NCBI GenBank assembly: GCA_964455555.1 | Contig: CAYVXV010000003.1 | Span: 1,475 to 65,474, forward strand | DNA: 64,000 nt | Origin: an uncultured Pseudomonadales bacterium | GTDB taxonomy: Bacteria > Patescibacteriota > Microgenomatia > UBA1400 > PJMF01 | Direction of reading: 5' to 3' | In this document: piece by piece, positions 1 through 9,364 of the stretch | Layout of the letters: the number at the start of each line of letters is the position of its first letter | How positions within the stretch are numbered: the first letter of the stretch is position 1 | Position numbers and translations under genes: made by a program | Notes under the pieces: model-generated | Told to the model about the DNA's origin: nothing | Seen by the model: only the letters and a program-made list of their open reading frames with translations | Database searches by the model: none

Positions 1-123
1 CTAGAGGATTTGGTTGCCGTAACCTTTGATAATGCAAATAACAGAAGAACAATCGGTACAGATTTTTTCTTTCAGGTAGATTACTAAAAAAACAATTTAT
101 TGGGGCTAAATGCAGGAAGGCAT

Positions 124-621
124 CTAAACGTGAGAGGCTAGAGCCTTGTCAGTGGAGCCAATTCTTAAAATGAGTGTTTTGACCCATTCAGATATTTCCA
201 AGTTGTGCTTTTCAATATCAAATGTATAAGAATCAATTTTCTTCATAGGAATGGCTTCATTTATTCCAATTGATTCTAAAAATTCCTTGATCAAGTCTCC
301 AGCAGTTGCGTAATGCTCGTAACTGGAATCTCCGGGGGCTAAGATTGCAAAATCAGCCGTAGGTTTTAATTTTTCTTCTTTAAGCAATTTATCGACCTCA
401 TCAAAGAAGAAACGGGCGCCATATTCTATTTCTCCCTCATCGTAAGTAGGGATTACAAAAATAACTAAGTCTTTATGCTCTAAGACGTCAGTTGTTGTGG
501 ATAGGATAAAAGATACATCTACCTTTAAATCAGAATCTGCCTCTTCCAACAGTTGCGACACAACATCTGCAATCATCTGACTCGTTCCCGTTTGAGTGGA
601 ATACAATACTGAGATTTGCAT
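124..621 (-). CDS. Flavodoxin-family protein, 165 aa
   Basis: N-terminus MQISVLYSTQTGTSQMIADVV matches the flavodoxin/NrdI FMN-binding loop ((I/V)LYxSxTGNTE-like); the length fits flavodoxin. Confidence 0.55.
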   Translation of the reverse strand: MQISVLYSTQTGTSQMIADVVSQLLEEADSDLKVDVSFILSTTTDVLEHKDLVIFVIPTYDEGEIEYGARFFFDEVDKLLKEEKLKPTADFAILAPGDSSYEHYATAGDLIKEFLESIGINEAIPMKKIDSYTFDIEKHNLEISEWVKTLILRIGSTDKALASHV

Positions 622-763
622 AGGACTGCTTTTTCCTGTTTATACTACAACACAGCTGCCATATTTCTACAAGTGCTTTGCAGAGAATAAACACTATATT
701 TTGATATTTTATGATATGCTAGCTCAGAATGAAGTTTGTACTAGCATACTTGGAGATTTAACA

Positions 764-964
764 ATGAATGAGCAACTAGTAATCCTTCCAGAACCAGAGG
801 AAATGTTGGAGAGGCTTGTATCAACTGATGACAGCCAATACATGAGGGATCGCTTTTACCCACATCTAATCCGCCATGCAGGGGAAGAGAAAGCTGCTGA
901 AGGTGTTCTAATCATGCTGCTCTTGGCAGTAGAAGAGTTATACAGCAGGGCAGATTTTTTCTGA
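764..964 (+). CDS. Hypothetical small protein, about 66 aa from the internal ATG
   Basis: The ORF 596..964 overlaps the flavodoxin gene. An internal ATG at 764 follows GGAG 7 nt upstream. No recognisable motif. Confidence 0.2.
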   Translation: MNEQLVILPEPEEMLERLVSTDDSQYMRDRFYPHLIRHAGEEKAAEGVLIMLLLAVEELYSRADFF

Positions 965-1270
965 TATGCATCCGGGGGTACTCATCACCTTTTACGCGAG
1001 ACTTGCAACATTTGTAGATGCCCTAGTAGATAACCCGGAAATTGCAGAAGAGATTAAGGCTATGCTCTAGTCTCAGGATTCTTATTGTATAATGCGGGCA
1101 GGCTGCAGTCAGATCAATGTTTGTTTTTTGTCATTTATGATCGTTTTAAACTAGAGAAAGTTCTGGTTTCTACCGTTTTGATTGGTTTCTTGTGCGCAGT
1201 CGCTAAAATTTAAAACTGCCCATCGTTATGTAGTTGTGGGAAATATTTTTCCGATTAAGAGAAATGTTCG

Positions 1271-2200
1271 ATGAATAAAAAAGAAATAGCTCCCAGTACT
1301 GAGCTCTCAAAATTCATATTGTTCCTGCTCATGGTAATTTTGCTGACTGCATGTCAGGAAAATGATAAATACAAACCTGGTGAAGCTGCAATGAAAGCTA
1401 CATTAGAAGCTCCATATTCCCCAATTTGCACTGTCTACGATGAGCGCTTTCCCCAAAATCAGGAGTACCTGTACAGTTCCAACGATACCTATCTTGATTA
1501 TGCAGACATATGTGCTTTAAGAGAGATGGGTATAACACCTGAAGCCCTCGCTTATATCCGCGAAAGAACTTATTACATTGGCTACAAAAATAAGGCAGGA
1601 GAAGCTGCATACTGCACTGCTTGGCTAGCCCAACAATCTGAAGACGGAGCAACACTCGTAACCAACAAACACTGTGACATTTCAGAAGGTGGAGAACTAA
1701 AAATAATCAGGCTAGGGATCGATTTAATGCCTAGGTACACCGAGATTCTTGAGCGAACTACGCATCCAAATGCAGATTTAGCTGCAATAAGAGTGCGGCA
1801 CTCAAGCATTTTGCCTCCTAATCTTGAACCTCTGGAGTTCACCACTCAAAAATTGTCCTTGGGAGAACCAATGATAACAGTGGGATTTCCGGGTGTCATG
1901 GCAAGAAATGGCTCAGTTTCCGTGCAAATACTTTTTGTTTCCGAGTCAGACAGGGGTTACTTTACAGCCAACGGCCTATCAGGCAGGGGAGGCAGCGGCA
2001 GCCCTGTGATAACCCTTATTAAGGACGGCCAAGTAAGCAAAGAAGGGTCTCCTCAAGTAGTTGGAGTAATTTATGCCTCTCCATCACGAGATGGGAGTGT
2101 TTTATTGTCTGCCGACCATCCGCTAAACCTAGAAGGAGGAAAAGTTGTTTACATGGAAGAAGGCAAGCTTATTAGTGGGTTATTTCCAGCTAACAAATAG
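1271..2200 (+). CDS. Trypsin-like (S1 family) serine protease, predicted lipoprotein
   Basis: N-terminal signal with lipobox LLTAC. Catalytic triad context: His in TNKHC, Asp in NADLAAIRV, Ser in GRGGSGSPVI (GDSGGP-like). Confidence 0.7.
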   Translation: MNKKEIAPSTELSKFILFLLMVILLTACQENDKYKPGEAAMKATLEAPYSPICTVYDERFPQNQEYLYSSNDTYLDYADICALREMGITPEALAYIRERTYYIGYKNKAGEAAYCTAWLAQQSEDGATLVTNKHCDISEGGELKIIRLGIDLMPRYTEILERTTHPNADLAAIRVRHSSILPPNLEPLEFTTQKLSLGEPMITVGFPGVMARNGSVSVQILFVSESDRGYFTANGLSGRGGSGSPVITLIKDGQVSKEGSPQVVGVIYASPSRDGSVLLSADHPLNLEGGKVVYMEEGKLISGLFPANK

Positions 2201-2203
2201 ACT

Positions 2204-2755
2204 TTACCTGATCAAGGATCGGTAACTAAATTTTCTATCAGTTTTTGCATGTCCTGTTGCCATCACTCCCATTTCTGATTGCTCACCATAGTACCAAGTT
2301 AGCAATTCTTTTCTTGAGAGAATTTGCTCGGGCTCTGGCTGCTTCATCCAGGGCAGCTCGCACACCGGATGTTTGCCGGGGGGCATGCCCGCCTCTGCCT
2401 CATAAATGCAACCTCGTCCGGCCGCGTATTTCAGGTAAAACAAAGGCCAGGGTTCATCCTGCATTTGTTTTAGATGATAGTGTTCGTGAGCTATGAGCCT
2501 CTCTGTAGGCTCCTTGAAATAAACTATGCCTATTGGTTCGGGGAAAGTAAAAGCGGCTGTTTTTCTGAAACTATGAACTGTGGCAACAACTAAATAGATG
2601 GCCAACATAGCTAAAAATAACCTCATTGTTTTTTTAAGTTCTTCTTTTCGATTTTTGCCTTCCACCTCTTTGCTTTTAACTGACTGAAATTCAGCCAGCC
2701 TTCCTTGTACAGGCCGGCCGATAGACAGACCAGACTCTGGGTATGATTTGATCAT
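2204..2755 (-). CDS. Hypothetical membrane-anchored protein with an HEHYH (HExxH-like) motif
   Basis: One TM helix (LFLAMLAIYLVVATV) then a soluble region containing AHEHYHLKQ. Alternative start at 2626 (MRLFLAML). No family recognised. Confidence 0.35.
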   Translation of the reverse strand: MIKSYPESGLSIGRPVQGRLAEFQSVKSKEVEGKNRKEELKKTMRLFLAMLAIYLVVATVHSFRKTAAFTFPEPIGIVYFKEPTERLIAHEHYHLKQMQDEPWPLFYLKYAAGRGCIYEAEAGMPPGKHPVCELPWMKQPEPEQILSRKELLTWYYGEQSEMGVMATGHAKTDRKFSYRSLIR

Positions 2756-2920
2756 ACTTGCCCTTCTAGTTAAAGCTCACTTACTCTCACGGAGAATATT
2801 TGTGAACAATATCACAACACACACAAGGCGTATATAAGCAATTTTTCGAAAGATGTAAGACCATCCAAAAGTATATATGGACTAATACGTTTTAGCTATT
2901 CTGATATCGCTGTTTTAGTT

Positions 2921-3280
2921 TTAGGAATTATTAGCCAATTTTACATTCCAATTAAGATCAAACTCGAGCGTTCCGTTGTCAACTAAATTCCAAATCACTA
3001 TCTTGGTTTCTCTGTCACCATTTTCAACTCTCATATGAAAACAAATCTTCTCTAAACTCCAAGCAGACTCCGGATATTCTGCCAATACCTTTAACAATGC
3101 TTCTCTCTTCTGAGTAACTCCCTCGGGCCTTTCCACAATTTCGCCGCTTAGGCTTTCTAAAAATTCATAAGGATGAAATAAAATAGCTGGGTTATCCGAT
3201 AATAGCTCTATAAGCTCCCGCTGCAATTCTTCTGAATCTTTTCCTGCCAGCGTTTCAACATGTTGTTTGATCATTAGCAC
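2921..3280 (-). CDS. Hypothetical protein, 119 aa
   Basis: Clean ORF between flanking genes. No recognisable motif. Confidence 0.35.
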   Translation of the reverse strand: MLMIKQHVETLAGKDSEELQRELIELLSDNPAILFHPYEFLESLSGEIVERPEGVTQKREALLKVLAEYPESAWSLEKICFHMRVENGDRETKIVIWNLVDNGTLEFDLNWNVKLANNS

Positions 3281-3345
3281 CTCTTATAACAATTATTATA
3301 GATTAACTAAACATTAACGTAATTTATCCGAGAGAAAATGTCAAA

Positions 3346-4515
3346 CTACAAAACTTGCTTGTTAATCTGGCTTGGCCTGCCTACCACTGAATCCCCAGCC
3401 TTCTGGAGAAACCTTTGGTTTAAACGCCTAACCTTTAGCGCCAAACTTAGATCTGAGGCAGCTTTTGGCGGCTTGTAAAGAAACTGATCCATCACCCGAT
3501 CATATGCCTTTTCGTAACCCTCCGCCATATTTTTATAATTAAAGAGAAGCCTGGATCTCTCAGAAATATACCGTCGGTCCATTTCAAAACACTCCTGAAT
3601 GACGTGCGCGCCTTCAGCGTAGTCTTCTACCAGTTTACCTGTTCTTCCGTCCTCAATTAGTTCGGGCATAGACCCCCTAGAAATGGCTAGAGTCGGAGTG
3701 CCACAATAGGCAGACTCCAGTACAGTCAAACCAAAAGGCTCCCTAAAGCCTGTTGGGTGCAAGTTGCATTTAGCCCGGCTTATCAGTTCAACTTTTTGGC
3801 TCATCTCAATCTCGCCTAAATATTCGACTAAAGGATTGCTCAGATGAGGTTCTATCAATTCCTCCCAATAACCGTTGGCTAAATAATCGCGTTTGCCCGC
3901 CAATTTAATTTTCATACCGAGATGAAGTGCGAGTTCTATGGCCATATGCGGATTTTTTTCACGGTCAAACCTCCCAATAAAGCAGAGATAGTTGTCCGGC
4001 TCCATCACCACTGGAAATTCCGTTGGGTCCAACCCGTTATAAACAACTCCAACATAATTCAGGTCAGGAAAAGAACTTTGCTGGTTTTCTGATATCGAGA
4101 CATAATAGAGGCCCTTGCGTTTTTCAAAGTAGTCCATCTTTTCTAAAGTAAATTTTCCGTGAAGAGTCGTTAGATTGGGAAATTCCTGAAAGTCTATAAG
4201 GTCCATGCTGTGTGAATGAATAATGTCAATATCAGGTTGAATTTTCTTGAGGATTTCACTTACTTCCCTCTCTATTTTTAAGCCTTTTTTCTTAACCTCA
4301 TCGTGCTCGCGTTTGTTCATGCCAAAAAAAAGTTCTTTGTCGCTAATTGGAATCAGCCGCACGCCCGGCACATAGGAGTCTCCTGTAGCCAGTAAAGTTA
4401 CATCGTGGCCCCGTTCAATCAACCCCTTAATCTGATGGTAAATAACCCTTTCAGTGCCACCATATTTTTTTGGAGGCACCTTAACCCACGGTCCCGATAC
4501 AATTGCAATATGCAT
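3346..4515 (-). CDS. Glycosyltransferase family 4 (GT-B fold)
   Basis: N-terminus MHIAIVSGPWVKVPPKKYGGTERV, and C-terminal EPFGLTVLESAYCGTPTLAISRGSMPELIEDGRTG nucleotide-sugar binding motif typical of GT4. Start placed at the internal ATG (MHIAIV) at 4515; the ORF track begins 28 codons upstream. Confidence 0.8.
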   Translation of the reverse strand: MHIAIVSGPWVKVPPKKYGGTERVIYHQIKGLIERGHDVTLLATGDSYVPGVRLIPISDKELFFGMNKREHDEVKKKGLKIEREVSEILKKIQPDIDIIHSHSMDLIDFQEFPNLTTLHGKFTLEKMDYFEKRKGLYYVSISENQQSSFPDLNYVGVVYNGLDPTEFPVVMEPDNYLCFIGRFDREKNPHMAIELALHLGMKIKLAGKRDYLANGYWEELIEPHLSNPLVEYLGEIEMSQKVELISRAKCNLHPTGFREPFGLTVLESAYCGTPTLAISRGSMPELIEDGRTGKLVEDYAEGAHVIQECFEMDRRYISERSRLLFNYKNMAEGYEKAYDRVMDQFLYKPPKAASDLSLALKVRRLNQRFLQKAGDSVVGRPSQINKQVL

Positions 4516-4663
4516 ATCACGCCTTTCTAGGTTGCTGTTCGTCCGCATTTTAGGTTTAGCTTGTAAGTTCCAAGTTAGAGCCATGTAACAAGACAACAAT
4601 CAAGCCACTTTCATCTGTCATACCCTTTAATTTTTATTCCAGATTTGCTAAGGTACACAAGCA

Positions 4664-6463
4664 ATGAAGTACTTCATAAAGGGCAATTACTACTTCGATA
4701 TAGACTTGCAGAATCAACTCAGAATTACCGGTCCAGAAAATCACCTTCTTCTGGGTTTAGCTGTTCCCCCGGCATTTCCTATCACTATTGAAAATTACGA
4801 TGTTATTGATGAGCAGCTATCGATTGAATTATCAGTTCCAACTGATGAAATATACGTTCCACTGCCTCTGGTCACAGATATACGAACTCTTCGTCATGAA
4901 ATAGAACCAGTAATGCCCCACCCAACATACAAAGATCTGATTGATCAAAATGTAAAAAGCGTCATGCCCCGCAATAGAAAGCAGTCTTTGGTCGGGGGCT
5001 CAACAGTTATTTCTCTCTCCAATACTTATGTAGATGGCTCTGGCATCGAGAGATCGTATGGGGCCGAGCTAACATTCCCGCCTGGATATATAGTCAGAAT
5101 GACCGACGCCTCTCTGGCTGTAAAAAGCAATACAGACAAAATTCATTTTTTTGTGTATTCAATAACAGCAATTGAGTCTCAGCGAGACTTAGATACTCCG
5201 ATCTTCGCTGAGATAGAAGATCCTGATCCAAATTTGTTGTCGCCTGGAATTATCTCGCTTTTTGACGAATCAAGAATTCAAGTAGAACATCTGGTAAAAA
5301 ATAGGAAAACCAGTAGTTTTGAGTATGGAACAATCTTCCCCCGTGACTGGATTGAGTCTGCAGACCTGGGAACCGGTGATTTGTCTGTGGAAACAATCGA
5401 TTATATGTACCGCCAATCTATGAAATATGTATCCGAGTCAGGCGAGGGATGGCATGAGGAAGTAATCGGAGAATACCGGAGCCGGTTTATTGAACATGAC
5501 AAACTAGTTGATAGGAAAATGATCGATATCGAACCTCATTATATCCTTGGAGTACCCCGTGTTAGTAAACGCTTTCTTTTTGATGATGACAATCACGAAA
5601 AATTTAAACGGGTGGCTGCATTCGTGCTCAAAAAAGCAGATGAAAAAGAATTTATTACCTTTAAACAAATTGATCCGAACAAAGAGGATTTTTATCCCGT
5701 GGGAAACTGGCGCGATAGCGCCAACGCCTTTCCTGGCCAAAAAAGCCCCCTAGCCCCCTACGACGTCAACTGTGTGTTTTATCCCCAAGCTTTAAAAATA
5801 ATTCACAAATACCATGAGTATTTCGAAATCACCGACCTAGGAAAGCTGGAGAAACTCATAGAAAAATGGGACCACCACAAGATTAAATTCCGCCTTTATC
5901 ATCCTAATGATATTAGTGGCTACTCTCTTGCACTACATGGCAAAAAAAATATCCCAATGCCGACTGCGCATTTAGACGAGTCGTACGACCTGTTTTACAA
6001 CAGCTCAGATTTGGAATCGATAATGAGCTTTGCCAAAAAAATTATTGACCCCGACTTTTTTTACACTCCGGTTGGGCCGATTTTAGTAGCATCAGACGAA
6101 CCAGAATTCACTACAAAGCAATATCATGGGAAAGTCATCTGGCCAAAACAGGTTGGCTTTGCTGTGGCGGGCATGGCTAAGCAGTATCGAATCGGCCTTG
6201 CAGAGAGCTGGCCTGACCCAATCATGGAGGCTCTGGCAGAAGCCATCATCATGACCTGTGAAGCTAGTTTTAGAGGCTGGAAAGACCTTAACTCTGTGCC
6301 AGAGCTGTATTACTACGATTCTGAACAAGACAGAGCGAGACTATACACCGATCAAGAAGATTATGAAGGCCAGATGAGCTTGATCCAATTGTGGTCAGCT
6401 GTCAGCTGCAGGCTTATTGTCAGAGAATACCAATTTATAAAAAAAGAGCTTGAACATAAATAA
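4664..6463 (+). CDS. Hypothetical protein, 599 aa, no recognisable domain
   Basis: Long uninterrupted ORF with an ATG start, divergent from the GT4 gene. Motifs GWHEEV and NWRDSANAFPG are noted but not assignable. Confidence 0.6.
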   Translation: MKYFIKGNYYFDIDLQNQLRITGPENHLLLGLAVPPAFPITIENYDVIDEQLSIELSVPTDEIYVPLPLVTDIRTLRHEIEPVMPHPTYKDLIDQNVKSVMPRNRKQSLVGGSTVISLSNTYVDGSGIERSYGAELTFPPGYIVRMTDASLAVKSNTDKIHFFVYSITAIESQRDLDTPIFAEIEDPDPNLLSPGIISLFDESRIQVEHLVKNRKTSSFEYGTIFPRDWIESADLGTGDLSVETIDYMYRQSMKYVSESGEGWHEEVIGEYRSRFIEHDKLVDRKMIDIEPHYILGVPRVSKRFLFDDDNHEKFKRVAAFVLKKADEKEFITFKQIDPNKEDFYPVGNWRDSANAFPGQKSPLAPYDVNCVFYPQALKIIHKYHEYFEITDLGKLEKLIEKWDHHKIKFRLYHPNDISGYSLALHGKKNIPMPTAHLDESYDLFYNSSDLESIMSFAKKIIDPDFFYTPVGPILVASDEPEFTTKQYHGKVIWPKQVGFAVAGMAKQYRIGLAESWPDPIMEALAEAIIMTCEASFRGWKDLNSVPELYYYDSEQDRARLYTDQEDYEGQMSLIQLWSAVSCRLIVREYQFIKKELEHK

Positions 6464-6525
6464 GCTTATTTGGCCAAGTGAATCTGCCATTTTGCAACAT
6501 TTAGATACTGTATAATTAAGTTTGC

Positions 6526-7653
6526 ATGAAAAAATATTTGGCATTTTTCATAATTGGAATTCTGCTCACAGTTGCAGGATTTGTTGCCGGCAGCTCACTT
6601 TCAGGTGACTCCACTACTGACTACCTGAACCCCTTAGCCTGGAAGGAAGAACCGGAAGCAGTCAAGATATACGAGCCATTCACCATTGAAAATCTGCGGA
6701 CTTACAATTTTCAGGCTCGCAGAATCGTGATTGAAAAAGAGCTGCAGGATTTCCCGAATTTTACCTCCTACCAATTCACCTTCGACCCACTGGGAAGAAA
6801 GATGACCGGCCAACTAAATATCCCAAAAGATATTGGGCCGAACCCCAAAGCAATCGTTTTAGTCAGAGGCTGGGCGCCTAGCGAAACATACTACACCGGC
6901 ATGGGGACAAAAAATGCTGCCGCTGTCTTTGCTCAGAATGGTTATATAACGATAGCCCCGGACTTCTTTGGCTATGGTGAAAGCTCACCTGAACCACCGG
7001 ATAATTGGTTGGCCAGGTTTGAAAAACCGATCGTAATTATAGAGTTAATGGAAAGCCTGAGGAAAAACGGCGCACCACTTAATATAGAGGCAACTTCCCC
7101 AGCGCAAATTGGCAACATTGGCATTTGGGCACATAGCAACGGTGGCCAAATTACTTTAACTGCCCTGGAAATTTCCGGTGAGCCGATCCCCAGCACACTT
7201 TGGGCTCCTGTTACGGCGCCGTTTCCATATTCTGTGATCTTTTTTAGCAATGAGTACGAAGACGAAGGCAAGTCCTTCCGCAAGGATGTGGCTGTGTTCG
7301 AAGAGATGTACAACGTTTTTGATTATAGTTTGACTCAACACCTAAACCTGCTTAATGCTCCGTTCCAACTCCATCATGGCCAAAGAGATGATGCTGCACC
7401 CTACTGGTGGAGTGATTCTTTCGTTGACAAGGTAAAATCAGAAAACACCAGGAGAACAAGTTTGAAAGAAGAGCTGGAAACAGCAACTAGTGAAGCTGTA
7501 CTTTCACCTGAAGTTCAAGCCGTGGCTGCTGAACAAATACTTGAGCCAATCAGGTTTAATTACTACCTTTATCCCAACGCCGACCACAATTTAGTGCCTA
7601 GCTGGAATACCGCCATACAAAGAGATTTAGAATTTTTTGCCAAAGAACTATAA
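6526..7653 (+). CDS. Alpha/beta-hydrolase (S9/dienelactone-hydrolase-like) with N-terminal signal/TM
   Basis: N-terminal hydrophobic segment. Nucleophile elbow GIWAHSNGG (A-x-S-x-G) and a C-terminal HHGQRDD acid/His region typical of the S9-type alpha/beta hydrolase fold. Confidence 0.6.
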   Translation: MKKYLAFFIIGILLTVAGFVAGSSLSGDSTTDYLNPLAWKEEPEAVKIYEPFTIENLRTYNFQARRIVIEKELQDFPNFTSYQFTFDPLGRKMTGQLNIPKDIGPNPKAIVLVRGWAPSETYYTGMGTKNAAAVFAQNGYITIAPDFFGYGESSPEPPDNWLARFEKPIVIIELMESLRKNGAPLNIEATSPAQIGNIGIWAHSNGGQITLTALEISGEPIPSTLWAPVTAPFPYSVIFFSNEYEDEGKSFRKDVAVFEEMYNVFDYSLTQHLNLLNAPFQLHHGQRDDAAPYWWSDSFVDKVKSENTRRTSLKEELETATSEAVLSPEVQAVAAEQILEPIRFNYYLYPNADHNLVPSWNTAIQRDLEFFAKEL

Positions 7654-7680
7654 GTTTATTTTCAGTTGACCTGAGTTATA

Positions 7681-8811
7681 TCACTCCTCCTCGATGACCT
7701 CCTCCGCTTCAATTTCGAGCTGTTCCTCAGATGGCAAGAGTGAGCCTGCCTGGTATGATTGAATTTTTTTAATTCTTCTATCCATTTGCCTTACTCTCGT
7801 GCCCGTGAGTTTTTCGTAGTCCGAGTGTAGCGTGGAAATTGATTTGCCGTATTTTTCAAACTGCTGCTTGAATCTGTCCCATTCACTCACAAATTCATCC
7901 ACGTAAGCTACTATTTCTTTGAGAGTGTCGCCTATTTTAAAATTGCGGAAGCTCTCCATTACTGTTCTGGCCACAATTAAAAATGAAAAAGGAGAAACCA
8001 TTATCACCCGCTTGGATAAAGCCAGGTCAATTAAGTCTGGAAACTTTTGATTTATAAATGAAAACACCATTTCATTGGGCACAAACAATATTGCATAATC
8101 AAGTGTCCCAGCCTCTGGGTTGATGTACTCTGAAACCTTGATTATTTTAATTTTCATGTCTTGTTTGAACTGCTTCATGTGAGCGTCTTTCTGGGTTCGG
8201 GAATCTGTTAATGACATCTTTTGAATCTCTTGGTACGGAAACTTCACATCCACTGCAACCTTGCGCGAGTCGGGCAACAGTAAAGAGATGTCTGGCTTAA
8301 GCTTGGTGCCCTTCAGAAATGCCTGACGGACATATTGAGTGCCTTCTATCAAACCGTTGGCCTGCAAAATGTCTTCTATGATCCGCTCACCCCACTCACC
8401 CCTGGTTTGATTGTTTGAGAGAATTCTTTCAAGCCCCTGTGTGGAGGTCTTTAAGGCCTCAGTCTGCTTATTTTGCTCTTCTATAGAAGTCCTAAGCTGG
8501 CTAAACGTTAAAGTCCTATCCTTCTCCAAATTGCGGATCTCATCCTGTTGGACTTTCATAGAATCCTGAAGCTGTTTTACCAATTTTTCAAAAATCTCCT
8601 GTTTATTGGCAAGGTCAGTCTTGATATGATCTTTCTCTCCCTGAAGAATCTGCTTGCTCTGCTCTGCCACTTTGTTGGCACTCATTCCAAAAACCTTGTC
8701 AACTATTTCCTCAATCTGAGCTTGTTTTGTCGATTGAGTTATCTGGCGCAAGGAAATTACCAGGATGACCACTGCAGAAATTAAGATCAATATTACAAGT
8801 GTTTCAAACAT
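7681..8811 (-). CDS. rmuC: DNA recombination protein RmuC
   Basis: N-terminal TM helix, long coiled-coil, then a C-terminal RmuC-type domain with an RGEWGE motif. Confidence 0.65.
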   Translation of the reverse strand: MFETLVILILISAVVILVISLRQITQSTKQAQIEEIVDKVFGMSANKVAEQSKQILQGEKDHIKTDLANKQEIFEKLVKQLQDSMKVQQDEIRNLEKDRTLTFSQLRTSIEEQNKQTEALKTSTQGLERILSNNQTRGEWGERIIEDILQANGLIEGTQYVRQAFLKGTKLKPDISLLLPDSRKVAVDVKFPYQEIQKMSLTDSRTQKDAHMKQFKQDMKIKIIKVSEYINPEAGTLDYAILFVPNEMVFSFINQKFPDLIDLALSKRVIMVSPFSFLIVARTVMESFRNFKIGDTLKEIVAYVDEFVSEWDRFKQQFEKYGKSISTLHSDYEKLTGTRVRQMDRRIKKIQSYQAGSLLPSEEQLEIEAEEVIEEE

Positions 8812-8861
8812 TGTCCCTACAGTATACTAAAGGATGAACATTTCTCAAAAGTTCTTAGAAC

Positions 8862-9323
8862 ATGAAAAGAGCTAAATCAAGACTTAAGCAACCGGCATTT
8901 GAAAAACCGGCCGGTAAGCATTCCAACCCAAGTCAGCCAATATTTAAGGCTAAAGACAGCAGGCAGAAACCAACAGGCCTGGGTGCTTATTTGCGATATC
9001 TGCCAGTCTTAATTTTGAGCCTGCCGTTTTATGCTCTGGTATTCTGGATTGTTTCTACTCAGTATCCTGATCAAATTGCTGACACACTCTTTTCCAACTC
9101 CTACCTTTATTTTCAAATACCACTATTTATAGCTAATACTTTGCTATTCAGCTTTTTGCTTCTTGATACAACCAGAGGTGTTTTATTGAGCAGCCTTATT
9201 TCCATCTTGTTGTTTCTAAGGCTTCAGCTGGTGATTTTTGAACTTAGCTGGATTTTGCCCTTGCTTGGAATTTTTGTCTTATTGGATTTAATAACAAAAA
9301 AGCTAATTCGGCCATCTGCCTAG
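8862..9323 (+). CDS. Hypothetical membrane protein, 153 aa
   Basis: Basic N-terminus followed by three or four hydrophobic helices. No motif. Confidence 0.4.
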   Translation: MKRAKSRLKQPAFEKPAGKHSNPSQPIFKAKDSRQKPTGLGAYLRYLPVLILSLPFYALVFWIVSTQYPDQIADTLFSNSYLYFQIPLFIANTLLFSFLLLDTTRGVLLSSLISILLFLRLQLVIFELSWILPLLGIFVLLDLITKKLIRPSA

Positions 9324-9364
9324 GTGGCTCTTGAGAGCTTATCCTGTATAATCTGAAAGAAGTT

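Noticed and set aside
1-123. Possible 3' end of a minus-strand gene running off the left edge
   Set aside because: Reverse-complement translation hits stops (TAG, TAA) within 20 codons upstream. Only a 31-codon open stretch without a start exists.
1398-1845. Antisense ORFs 1398..1655(-) and 1582..1845(-) inside the serine protease gene. Similar internal or antisense ORFs (5504..5740, 6092..6328, 6972..7341, 12054..12433, 13857..14814, 22340..22932, 25308..25937, 33380..34117 and others) were also considered.
   Set aside because: Each is fully embedded in a longer ORF with clear homology or motifs. They lack starts with RBS and have low-complexity or implausible composition.
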